Of a DNA stretch of 64,000 nt, positions 48,611-60,600 are shown piece after piece; within the stretch, counting starts at the first letter, position 1, and every line of letters begins with the position of its first letter. Under the pieces are notes generated by a model. That model was not told the DNA's origin, ran no database searches, and saw only the letters and a list, made by a program, of their open reading frames with translations. Origin of the DNA: Raja brachyura (Eukaryota); contig CAUPSL010001504.1 of assembly GCA_963514005.1 (NCBI GenBank), forward strand, positions 1 to 64,000, given 5' to 3'. A program made the translations under genes and the position numbers.

Positions 48611-49153
48611 TTGGGTTGCCAACTGTGCCGTATTAGCCGGGACATCCCGTATTTTGGGCTAAATTTGTTTGTCCTGTACGGGACCGCCCTTGTCCCGTAT
48701 TTGACCGCTACTACTCGGGTCGAGGGGATGTCGGGTCGGAGCGCCGCGTCCGGCCCCGCCTCACCCGTCCCGACGTAGTGCAGCCCATGGAGTGCAGCAG
48801 CAGCAGCAGCGCCTCCTCGCCCATGGCCCCGTCGGTCGGTCAGTCGGTCGGCAGCCCGGCCAGCTGTTTGACCTTCGGACCTTCACTGACCGCCGGCACC
48901 ACCACCACCCCTCCTTCTCACGGCCGATCATCGGTTCATGAGTTGGACGGGGCGCCGGACCTTGCGCTCGACCCCCGGGCCAAAACTCCTCAGCTGGCCC
49001 CAGCCGGCTGGGCTTTGTGTGCAGTCTAGCACCCGGGCCCAACTCATCATTCACACGGACACGGCCCAGTCGCTCAACAAATTGCCGTGGGGAATTTGTC
49101 CTGTATTTTGACCCATTGTCCCTTATTTGGGAGCGAGAAAGTTGGCCACCCTA
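48611..49153. mobile_element. hAT-type MITE
   Basis: TIRs ttgggttgccaact / agttggccacccta; imperfect 8-bp TSD acaacagg / actgcagg. Confidence 0.75.
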
Positions 49154-50377
49154 ACTGCAGGCCTCCAGCTGGTCAGTAGAAGAAGAAATATGCTGGGAGA
49201 TTGCAGGCAGCTGCAAGAGCAATAGGCTTGTCATAGTTTAACTTTCCCAAGGCATAATGTCAAGGGGTGAGACAAGGTGGCATGTTTCATATGTTATAGA
49301 TTCATAGAGTCATGCAGCACGTAAACAGGCCCTTCAGCCCAACTTGCCCATGCTGACCCAATCCTTCCTGCCCGCGTTTGGCCCATGTACCTGTAAACCT
49401 TATGTGTAAGTAAGAACTGCAGATGCTGGTTAAAATTGAAGGTAGACACAAAATGCTGGAGTAACTCAGTGGGTGAGATAGCATCTCTCTCGAGAGAAGG
49501 AATGGGCGACGTTTCAAGTCGAGACCTTTCTTCAGTCTGAAAATGGGACCTGGCAACATCCACTCAAAGCCCTGACAGACGAAGGCCAATGTGCTGAAAA
49601 GATTCTTGACCATACTATCTACCTATGATCAAGAAGGAACTGCAGATGCTGGAAAATCGAAGGTAGACAAAAAAAGCTGGAGAAACACAGCGGGTGAGGC
49701 AGCATCTATGGAGCGAAGGAATAGGTGACGTTTCAGGTCCATAGATGCTGCCTCACCCGCTGAGTTTCTCCAGCATTTTGGTCTACTATGTACCTATGTC
49801 CTATGCCTTGTCTATACTACTCTTATAACAAATGTAAAGCACTTTGGTCAACGAGAGTTGTTTTTTAAATGTGCTATAGAAATAAATGTGACTTGACTAT
49901 GACGCCACTTTGAAGAAACAATGTACCTCCACTCGTAGACCCCTCTGCTCTACAACACTCCCCATTCACTGTGAAGGTCCGGGTGTAACTTCCCAAAATG
50001 CAGTGTCTGCGTTTACCATTCCCCAGCCCACCTGCCCAGCTGATCAAGGTCCTGCTGTAACCTTTGAGAACCATCTTCACTATCGACAAATACCAGTTTC
50101 CGTTTAGTTTATTGTCACGTACCAAGGTACAGTGGAAAGCTTTTGTTGCGTGCTCTCCAGTCAGCAGAAGGACAATTCCAAAGACGTACAGGAATGTAGG
50201 TTAATTAGCTCGGTGTGTGTGTAAACTGCCCTGAGTGTGTGTGGGATAGTGTTAATATGCGGGGATCGCTGGTCGCCGTGGACTCGGTGGGCCAAAGGGC
50301 CTCTTTCCTTCTCTCCACACTGTGTCCCTAAACTAAACTAATACATGATTCCAATCGAGCCATTTACAGTGTGTACA

Positions 50378-50990
50378 CATAGACTATAGACATAGACTAT
50401 AGATATAGACTATAGAGAGAGACAATAGACATAGACTATAGACATAAACTATAGACATAGACTATAGAGAGAGAGACAATAGACATAGACTATAGACATA
50501 GACTATACACATAGACTATAGATAGAGACAATAGACATAGACAATAGACATAGACTATACACATAGACTATAGACATAGACTATAGACATAGACTATAGA
50601 CATAGACTATAGACATAGACTATAGATATAGACAATAGACATAGACAATAGACATAGACTATAGATATAGACAATAGACATAGACTATAGACATAGACTA
50701 TAGATAGAGACAATAGACATAGACAATAGACATAGACTATAGACATAGACTATAGACATAGACTATAGATAGAGACAATAGACATAGGCAATAGACATAG
50801 ACTATAGACATAGACTATAGACATAGACTATAGACATAGACTATAGATAGAGACAATAGACATAGGCAATAGACATAGACTATAGACATAGACAATAGAC
50901 ATAGACTATAGACATAGACTATAGATAGAGACAATAGACATAGGCAATAGACATAGACTATAGACAATAGACATAGACTATAGACATAGA
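50378..50990 (+). repeat. Compound microsatellite (atagac/tataga/caataga)
   Basis: Visible directly in the sequence. Confidence 0.95.
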
Positions 50991-51054
50991 GAGAGAGAGA
51001 AAGCAAGGGCTATCTTGTTAGCAAAGTCAATGTTCATACCACTGGGATGTCAGT

Positions 51055-51332
51055 CAGGCCCAGCACAAATTGGAGGAGCAGCCCCTCATATTTTGCTCAG
51101 GTAGTTTACACCCCAGCGGTATGAACATTGACTTGTCCAGCTTCAGATAGTCCTTGCTTTCTCTCTCCATCCCTTTCCCCATCCCAGTTCTCCCACCAGT
51201 CTTACAGTCTTTGTCCCGCCCACTCCCCCGACATCAGTCTGAAGAACGGTCTCGACCCGAAACATCGCCCATTCCTTCTCTCCAGAGATGCTGCCTGTCC
51301 CGCTGAGTGACTCCAGCATTTTGTGTCTACCT
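51055..51332 (+). mobile_element. Penelope-like element 3' end (GIY-YIG C-terminus plus pLTR)
   Basis: KLEEQPLIFCSGSLHPSGMNID followed by the ctgaagaa...gaaac end sequence. Related minus-strand copies at ~17146-17360 and ~47050-47390. Confidence 0.75.
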
Positions 51333-51919
51333 GTGATGAGAATAACGTTTAGTGCAAGGTATCACCCACTATCGTGTCAAATTTATTCAATACACAATAG
51401 ACGCAGGAGGAGGCCATTCGGCCCTTCCAGCCAGCATCTCCATTCAATGTGATCATGGCTGATCATCCCCAATCAGTACCCCGTTCCTGCCTTTCCCCAT
51501 ATCCCCTGACTCCGCTATTTTTAAGAGCCCTATCTAACTCTTGAAAGCATCCATCGAACCGGCCTCCACCGCCCACTGAGGCAGAGAATTCCACAGACTC
51601 ACCACTCTCTAAATGGCCGACCCCTTATTCTTAAACCGTGGCCCCTGGTTCTGGACTCCCCCAACATCGGGAGTTTCAGGAATAGTTTCCTCATGCAATA
51701 GTAGAGGGGGCAACAAGGGAGAGGACAAAGCTTGATCTCTTTTGGGAAGGGCAAGGGACTGAAGTGTCTGTGGCTGAGCCCTCTGGGACCAGTAATCACA
51801 GTCCGATTGGATTTAAAAGGGATCTGGATAATGACAGGGCGGGCACATACTCCCTTAGTCACTCCTGCCAACCTGGAGTAAGGAAGCAGGGATGACAAGA
51901 GAAATGAATACATACATAC

Positions 51920-52530
51920 ATACAAAGTAGGTGCAGGAGGAGGCCATTCGGCACTTCGAGCCAGCACCACCATTCAATGTGATCATGGCTGATCATCCTC
52001 AATCAGTACCCCGTTCCTGCCTTCTCCCCATATCCCCTGACTCCGCTATTTTTAAGAGCCCTATCTAGCTTTCTCTTGAAAGCATCCAGAGAACCGGCCT
52101 CCACCGCACTCTGAGGCAGAGAATTCCACAGAATCGCCACTCTCTGTGAGAAAAAGTGTTTCATCATTTCTGTTCTAAATGGATTACTCCCTTTTCTTAA
52201 ACTGTGGCCCCTGGTCCTGGACTCCCCCAACATTGGGAACATGTTTCCTGCCTCTAGCATGACCAAACCCTTAACAATCTTATATGTTTCAAAGAGATAT
52301 CCTCTCATCCTTCTAAACTCCATACAAGCCCAGCTGCTCCATTCTCTCAGCATATGACAGTCCCGCCATCCTGGGATTAACCTGGTGAACCTACGCTGCA
52401 CTCCCTCAATAGCAAGAATGTCCTTCCACAACATGCCATTCGCTTTCTTCACTGCTTGCTGTACCTGCATGTTTACTTTCATAGACTGATGAACAAGGAC
52501 CCCCAGATCCCGTTGTACTTCCCCTTTTCG
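51920..52530 (-). mobile_element. Internally deleted CR1 3' fragment
   Basis: ORF 52003-52482. Confidence 0.85.
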
Positions 52531-52699
52531 GCCCTGGACAAGAAGCAGAAGGAGACATGGGGCAGGGAGAGGAAGCTGGGATCAAGTGTAACACTGGAGG
52601 CGTTTTGCAACTCAGGAGCGTACCTGAGAAGAGAATCTGGAGGACAAAATGGTGGCCAAGACATAGCTTTGTGCAGTTTTGGTCCCGTAGTTTTACTCC

Positions 52700-54545
52700 T
52701 GCACCTATTGTCAATTTGACAGATAAGATTTAGGAGAATCCATGAGATTTTGTCAGTACATTAACGGAAAGAGGGTGACAAGAGAGAGAATGGGGCTCGT
52801 CGGAAACCAAAGCGGTCACCTCTGTGTGGAGCCGCATGAGATCGGCAAGGTCCTCGATGAGTAATTGCGTATCACGGTCAAGGAGGCACTGAAGGTCTGG
52901 ACGTGTGTGAAGGTAGACAGATATCCCCGGCGTGATCAGATACATCCCTGGATACTGTGGGAAGCTAGAGGGGAACTGACAGGAGCCCTGCCTGTGATAT
53001 ATCAATCCTCATTGGACATGGGAGAGGTGCCGGAAGATTAAAGGGTGGCAAATGTTGTGCCACTTTTCATGAAGGGCTGCAGGGAAAATGCTGGGGACTA
53101 TAGGCCGGTGAGCTTGACATCTGTAGTTGGTGAGTTACTGGAGAGTGTTGTGAGGGATAGGATATACAGGCATTTGGATGGACAAGGGCTGATTAGGGAC
53201 AGTCAGCATGGTTTTGTACGTGGGAGATCGTGTCTCACCAATCTGATTGAGTTTTTGAAGAATTAACCAAGAAGGTTGATGAGGGCAGAGCTGTAGATGT
53301 TGTCTACATGGGCCAGCGAGGCACTGGACAAGGTTCCACATAGTGGGCTGCTCTGGGAGGTTGGATCGCACGGGATCCAGGGAGAACCAGCCGAATGAAT
53401 AGAGAATTGGCTTCATGGAAGGAAGCAGAGGGTGATGGTGGAAGGTTGTTTACCGGGCTGGAGGCCTGTGACTAGCGGTGGGCCTCAGCGGTGGATCGGT
53501 GCTGGGCCCGTTGCTGTTTGACCTTTATATCAACGAGTTGGATGAGAATGCAAGTTTGCAGCTGACACTAAAGTGGGTGGTTTTGTAGACAGTGAAGATG
53601 GTTGTTAATAATTCCAGCAGCATCTTGATCAGTTGGGCAGGTGGGCTGAGGCATGGTTGATGGAGTTTAATGCAGATAAGTGTGAGGTGTTGCGTGTAAC
53701 CGGAGCAGAACCTTCCCGGTGAACGGCACGGCCGTGGGGAGTGTTGTAGAGCAGACCGATCTAGGAGCCCAGGTACATCCCCCGATGTTCGGGGAGTCCA
53801 GAACCAGGGGCCACAGTTTAAGAATAAGGAGTAAACCATTTAGAACGGAGATGAGGAAACACTTTTTCTCACAGAGAGTTGTGAATCTGTGGAATTCTCT
53901 GCCTCAGAGGGCGGTGGAAGCCGGTTCTCTTGATACTTTCAAGAGAGAGCTAGATAGGGCTCTTAAAGATAGTGGAGTCAGGGGATATGGGGAGGAACGG
54001 GGTACTGATTGGGGATGATCAGCCACGATCACATTGAATGGCGGTGCTGGCTCGAAGGGCCGAATGGCCTACTCCTGTACTTATTGTGTATTGTAACTCA
54101 GCGGCTGAGACAGCATCTGTGGAGAGATGGAATGGCGATGTTTCGGGCGGAGACCCTTCCTCAGACTGAGTATAGAAGTTGGGATGTTATGTTCGAGTTG
54201 TACAAGGATTGTGTTCAGTTCTGGTCACCCTGCTATAGAGTGGATGTCGTTGAGCTGGGAAGATCTACGAGGATGTTGGCAGGAATGGAAGGCCTGAGCA
54301 GTTGGGCGGGCTAGCACTTTATTGCTTTACGCATCTTATGGAGGTGAATAAATAGGGTGAATGCACCTTCTTTTACCCAGAGTGGGGGAATCAAGAACCA
54401 GAGGACACGGCTTTAAGGTGAGAGGGGAAAGGCTGAATGGGAACCTGAGGGGCAAGTAGTTCACACTGAGGGTGCTGGGTGTATGGAACGAGCTGCCGGA
54501 GGAGGTAGTTGAGGCTGGGACTATCCCAACGTTTCAGAGGCATAT
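52700..54545 (+). mobile_element. Old degenerate CR1 ORF2 with a nested CR1 end (53780-54090)
   Basis: ANVVPLF...YRPVSLTSVVG...QHGFVRGRSCLTNLIEF. Confidence 0.8.
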
Positions 54546-55119
54546 TAGTAATCATTTGATTGCTGTATGTAGAGCCATACAGCAATCAAAGAGGCCCTTC
54601 AGCCCCACTCGCCCATGCCAGCCAAGATGCCCCATCTACTACGTCCCAGTTGCCAGGTGTGGAGGGATGTAGGGCAAACACTGGCAACTGGGACTTTAGT
54701 AGATGGGGCATCTTGGCTGGCATGGGCGAGTGGGGCTGAAGGGCCTCTTTGATTGCTGTATGCTCTACAATCACCCAATCCAATCCTCCGCTTATTGACT
54801 TCTCTTGAGTGTTGGGAGCAAGAGGTAGGGACGGTTTGGGAGATTGCTGTGGAGGGTGAAAGCGACGGGGAGGAGAGAGCAGAGGAACATAATGCACTCT
54901 CTCCTTTCCCCATGGTTCCACCTTGTCATGAGAAGGCACAGAGCACCCAGGAATGAGGCACTGCCCCTCTCCCATCTTCCCTCCCTCTTTCCCCCTCTCC
55001 TCCTCGCCTTCCCTTCTCCTCTCCCTCCCTCCCTCCCTCTCCCCCTCTCCTCCCCTTTCCCCCCTCCACCTTTCTCCCTCTCCTTCCATCTCCTTCCCTC
55101 TCCCCTTCTCCTTGCACCC

Positions 55120-56735
55120 TGTCTGTGTGTAACACTGGGGTACAGGAGCGGTGGGGACGGGTCTGTGTGTAACACTGGGGTACAGTAGCGGTGGGGACGG
55201 GTCTGTGTGTAACACTGGGGTACAGTAGTGGTGGGGACGGGTCTGTGTGTAACACTGGGGTACAGGAGCGGTGGGGACGGGTCTGTGTGTAACACTGGGG
55301 TACAGGAGCGGTGGGGACGGGTCTGTGTGTAACACTGGGGTACAGGAGCGGTGGGGACGGGTCTGTGTGTGTGTGTGTAACACTGGGGTACAGTAGTGGT
55401 GGGGACAGGTCTGTGTGTAACACTGGGGTACAGTAGTGGTGGGGACAGGTCTGTGTGTAACACTGGGGTACAGGAGCGGTGGGGACGGGTCTGTGTGTAA
55501 CACTGGGGTACAGCAGCGGTGGGGACAGGTCTGTGTGTAACACTGGGGTACAGGAGCGGTGGGGACGGGTCTGTGTGTAACACTGGGGTACAGTAGTGGT
55601 GGGGATGGGTCTGTGTGTAACACTGGGGTACAGGAGCGGTGGGGACAGGTCTGTGTGTAACACTGGGGTACAGTAGCGGTGGGGACGGGTCTGTGTGTAA
55701 CACTGGGGTACAGGAGCGGTGGGGACGGGTCTGTGTGTAACACTGGGGTACAGGAGCGGTGGGGACGGGTCTGTGTGTAACACTGGGGTACAGGAGCGGT
55801 GGGGACAGGTCTGTGTGTAACACTGGGGTACAGGAGCGGTGGGGACGGGTCTGTGTGTAACACTGGGGTACAGGAGCGGTGGGGACGGGTCTGTGTGTAA
55901 CACTGGGGTACAGGAGCGGTGGGGACGGGTCTGTGTGTAACACTGGGGTACAGTAGTGGTGGGGATGGGTCTGTGTGTAACACTGGGGTACAGTAGTGGT
56001 GGGGACGGGTCTGTGTGTAACACTGGGGTACAGGAGCGGTGGGGACGGGTCTGTGTGTAACACTGGGGTACAGGAGCGGTGGGGACGGGTCTGTGTGTAA
56101 CACTGGGGTACAGGAGCGGTGGGGACGGGTCTGTGTGTAACACTGGGGTACAGTAGTGGTGGGGACGGGTCTGTGTGTAACACTGGGGTACAGTAGCGGT
56201 GGGGACGGGTCTGTGTGTAACACTGGGGTACAGGAGCGGTGGGGACGGGTCTGTGTGTAACACTGGGGTACAGTAGTGGTGGGGACGGGTCTGTGTGTAA
56301 CACTGGGGTACAGTAGTGGTGGGGACGGGTCTGTGTGTAACACTGGGGTACAGGAGCGGTGGGGACGGGTCTGTGTGTAACACTGGGGTACAGGAGCGGT
56401 GGGGACAGGTCTGTGTGTAACACTGGGGTACAGTAGTGGTGGGGACGGGTCTGTGTGTAACACTGGGGTACAGGAGCGGTGGGGACAGGTCTGTGTGTAA
56501 CACTGGGGTACAGGAGCGGTGGGGATGGGTCTGTGTGTAACACTGGGGTACAGGAGCGGTGGGGACAGGTCTGTGTGTAACACTGGGGTACAGGAGCGGT
56601 GGGGATGGGTCTGTGTGTAACACTGGGGTACAGGAGCGGTGGGGACAGGTCTGTGTGTAACACTGGGGTACAGGAGCGGTGGGGATGGGTCTGTGTGTAA
56701 CACTGGGGTACAGGAGTGGTGGGGATGGGTCTGTT
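55120..56735 (+). repeat. 40-bp minisatellite, ~40 copies
   Basis: Unit gtctgtgtgtaacactggggtacaggagcggtggggacgg. Confidence 0.95.
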
Positions 56736-57323
56736 GCGGTATAACCCAGACGCTGTACTGTACTGGTGTGTTGATGCTGGTATTTTGTGTCAGTGTCGCA
56801 CCCATTGATGGTGTTGTATTGTGACCTGCCCCTGACACCCCTATCCTGCATCTCCAGCCCGTGCCCCTCACACTGCGTGTCGGTGGGGCGGGGGTGGGGG
56901 TGGAAAGAGTGCGGCAGCATCTCTGGCATCTCTCCAACCCCTGCCTTGAGGCTGGGAGGCTGAAGTGCTCATTGTCCCGATCTTTTTATTCTTGGCTGGC
57001 TTGCTGTGCTGCCTTCTTCCCCTGTGTGCCAGGCAGCTGGGGCTGTCCCCCCATCACCCCCCCGCCCCCCCCCCCCCCCCCCCCCAGGCAGTTAGCCCGC
57101 TAGCAGTGTGGGCTGCCTACCCTGTCCCCAGCTCCCCTCATCTCTCCCCAGGCAGGCAGACAGGCAGTCTGAAGAAGGGTCTCAACCCAAAACCTCTCCC
57201 ATTCCTTCTGTCCAGAGGTGCTGCCTGACTCACTGAGTTACTCCAGCTTTTTGTGTTGGTATAAACCAGCATCCACAGTTCCTTGTGTTAAAGAAGGAAC
57301 TGCAGATGCTGGAGAATCGAGGG

Positions 57324-57491
57324 TTACACAAAAAGCTGGAGAAACTCAGCGGGTGCAGCAGCATCTAAGGAGTGAAGGAGATAGGCGACGTTTCGGGTCG
57401 AGACCGAAGGGTCTCGACCCGAAACGTCGCCTATCTCCTTCACTCCTTAGATGCTGCTGCACCCGCTGAGTTTCTCCAGCTTTTTGTGTAA
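57324..57491. repeat. 82-bp inverted repeat of the Penelope end (4-nt loop)
   Basis: Arms 57324-57405 and 57410-57491. Confidence 0.85.
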
Positions 57492-57619
57492 TCCACAGTT
57501 CCTTCCTGTGCAAGCAGCCACCTCACCTGCCTGCCTGTCCGTCCTGGCAGTCAGGCTGGCAACAGTGTTCCTGCTCTTGGGGGCAGGCTGCCTGCCCTGT
57601 GGGCCCCTGCCTGCCCTTG

Positions 57620-60600
57620 GGGTCAGGCTGTGGGTCTGGGGGTGAGGCTACCACTAGTCAGGCTGTGGGTCTGGGGGTGAGGTTACTACTAGTCAGGCTG
57701 TGTGTCTGGGTCTGTGTCTGTGTCTGGGGGTGAGGCTACCACTAGTCAGGCTGTGAGTCTGGGGTGAGGCTACTTCTAGTCAGGCTGTGTGTATGTGTCT
57801 GGGTGTGGGGGTGAGGCTACTACTGGTCAGGCTGTGGGTCTGTGTCTGGGTGTGGGGGTGAGGCTACTACTGGTCAGGCTGTGGGTCTGGGGTGAGGCTA
57901 CTACCAGTCAGGCTGTGTGTGTGGGTCTGTGTCTGTGTGGGGGTGAGGCGGCTACTAGTCAGGCTGTGTGTGTGTGTGTCTGTGTGTGGGTCTGTGTCTG
58001 TGGGTGAGGGTGAGGCTACTACTAGTCAGGCTGTGTGTGTGGGTTTGTGTCTGGGGGTGAGGCTACTACCAGTCAGGCAGTGTGTGTGGGTCTGTGGGTG
58101 GGGGTGAGGTTACTACTAGTCAGGCTGTGTGTGTGGGTCTGTGTCTGGGGGTCAGGCTACTACTAGTCAGGCTGTGTGTGTGTGTGTGTGTGTCTGTGGG
58201 TGAGGCTACTACGAGTCAGGCTGTGTGTGTGTGTGTCTGTGTGTGGGTCTGTGTCTGGGGGTGAGGCTACTACTAGTCAGGCTGTGTGTGGGTCTGGGGG
58301 TGAGGGTGAGGCTACTACCAGTCAGGCTGTGTGTGTGGGTCTGTGTCTGGGGGTGGGGGTGAGGCTACTACTAGTCAGGCCGTGTGTGTGTGTGTGGGTC
58401 TGTGGGTGGGGGTGAGGCTACTACTAGTCAGGCTGTGTGTGGGTCTGTGTGTCTGGGGGTGAGGCTACTACTAGTCAGGCTGTGTGTGGGTCTGTGTCTG
58501 GGGGTGGGGGTGAGGCTACTACTAGTCAGGCTGTGTGTGGGTCTGTGTCTGGGGGTGAGGCTACTACTAGTCAGGCTGTGTGTGTGGGTCTGGGGGTGGG
58601 GGTGAGGCTACTACTAGTCAGGCTGTGTGTGGGGGTGAGGCTACTACTAGTCAGGCTGTGTGTGTGTGGGTCTGTGTGTGGGTCTGTGTCTGGGGGTGGG
58701 GGGGTGAGGCTACTACTAGTCAGGCTGTGTGTGGGTCTGTGTCTGGGGGTGGGGGTGAGGGTCTGGGGGTGGGGGTGAGGCTACTACTAGTCAGGCTGTG
58801 TGTGTGGGGTGAGGCTACTACTAGTCAGGCTGTGTGTGTGGGTCTGTGTCTGGGGGTGGGGGTGAGGCTACTACTAGTCAGGCTGTGTGTGGGGGTCTGG
58901 GGGTGTGGGTGGGGGTGAGGCTACTACTAGTCAGGCTGTGTGTGTGGGTCTGTGTCTGGGGGTGGGGGTGAGGCTACTACTAGCCAGGCTGTGTGTGTGT
59001 GTCTGTCTGGGGGTGGGGGTGAGGCTACTACTAGTCAGGCTGTGTGTGTGGGTCTGTGTCTGGGGGTGGGGGTGAGGCTACTACTAGTCAGGCTGTGTGT
59101 GTGGGTCTGTGTCTGGGGGTGAGGCTACTACTAGTCAGGCTGTGTGTGTGGGTCTGGGTCTGGGGGTGGGGGTGAGGCTACTACTAGTCAGGCTGTGTGT
59201 GTGGGTCTGTGTCTGGGGGTGAGGCTACTACTAGTCAGGCTGTGTGTGTGGGTCTGGGGGTGGGGGTGAGGCTACTACTAGTCAGGCTGTGTGTGTGGGT
59301 CTGTGTCTGGGGGTGGGGGTGAGGCTACTACTAGTCAGGCTGTGTGTGTGGGTCTGGGTCTGGGGGTGGGGGTGAGGCTACTACTAGTCAGGCTGTGTGT
59401 GGGTCTGGGTCTGGGGGTGGGGGTGAGGCTACTACTAGTCAGGCTGTGTGTGTGGGTCTGTGTGTGGGGGTGAGGCTACTACTAGTCGGGCTGTGTGTGG
59501 GTCTGGGTCTGGGGGTGGGGGTGAGGGTCTGGGGGTGGGGGTGAGGCTACTACTAGTCAGGCTGTGTGTGTGGGTCTGGGGGTGGGGGTGAGGCTACTAC
59601 TAGTCAGGCTGTGTGTGTGGGTCTGGGGGTGGGGGTGAGGCTACTACTAGTCAGGCTGTGTGTGTGGGTCTGGGGGTGGGGGTGAGGCTACTACTAGTCA
59701 GGCTGTGTGTGTGGGTCTGGGGGTGGGGGTGAGGGTCTGGGGGTGGGGGTGAGGCTACTACTAGTCAGGCTGTGTGTGTCTGTCTGGGGGTGGGGGTGAG
59801 GCTACTACTAGTCAGGCTGTGTGTGTGGGTCTGTGTCTGGGGGTGAGGCTACTACTAGTCAGCCTGTGTGTGGGTCTGGGGGTGAGGGTGAGGCTACTAC
59901 TAGTCAGGCTGTGTGTGTGGGTCTGTGTCTGGGGGTGGGGGTGAGGCTACTACTAGTCAGGCTGTGTGTGTGGGTCTGTGTCTGGGGGTGGGGGTGAGGC
60001 TACTACTAGTCAGGCTGTGTGTGTGGGTCTGGGGGTGGGGGTGGGGGTGAGGCTACTACTAGCCAGGCTGTGTGTGTGGGTCTGTGTCTGGGGGTGGGGG
60101 TGAGGCTACTACTAGTCAGGCTGTGTGTGTGGGTCTGTGTCTGGGGGTGAGGCTACTACTAGTCAGGCTGTGTGTGTGGGTCTGGGGGTGGGGGTGAGGC
60201 TACTACTAGTCAGGCTGTGTGTGTGGGTCTGTGTCTGGGGGTGGGGGTGAGGCTACTACTAGTCAGGCTGTGTGTGGGGGTGAGGCTACTACTAGTCAGG
60301 CTGTGTGTGTGGGTCTGGGGGTGGGGGTGGGGGTGAGGCTACTACTAGTCAGGCTGTGTGTGTGTGTCTGGGGGTGGGGGTGGGGGTGAGGCTACTACTA
60401 GTCAGGCTGTGTGTGTCTGTCTGGGGGTGGGGGTGAGGCTACTACTAGTCAGGCTGTGTGTGTGGGTCTGGGTCTGGGGGTGGGGGTGAGGCTACTACTA
60501 GTCAGGCTGTGTGTGTGGGTCTGTGTCTGGGGGTGGGGGTGAGGCTACTACTAGTCAGGCTGTGTGTGTGGGTCTGTGTCTGGGGGTGGGGGTGAGGCTA

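Noticed and set aside
54586-56937. 623-783 aa Cys/His/Pro-rich ORFs
   Set aside because: Open in all three minus frames because the 40-bp unit lacks stops; this is a minisatellite artefact.
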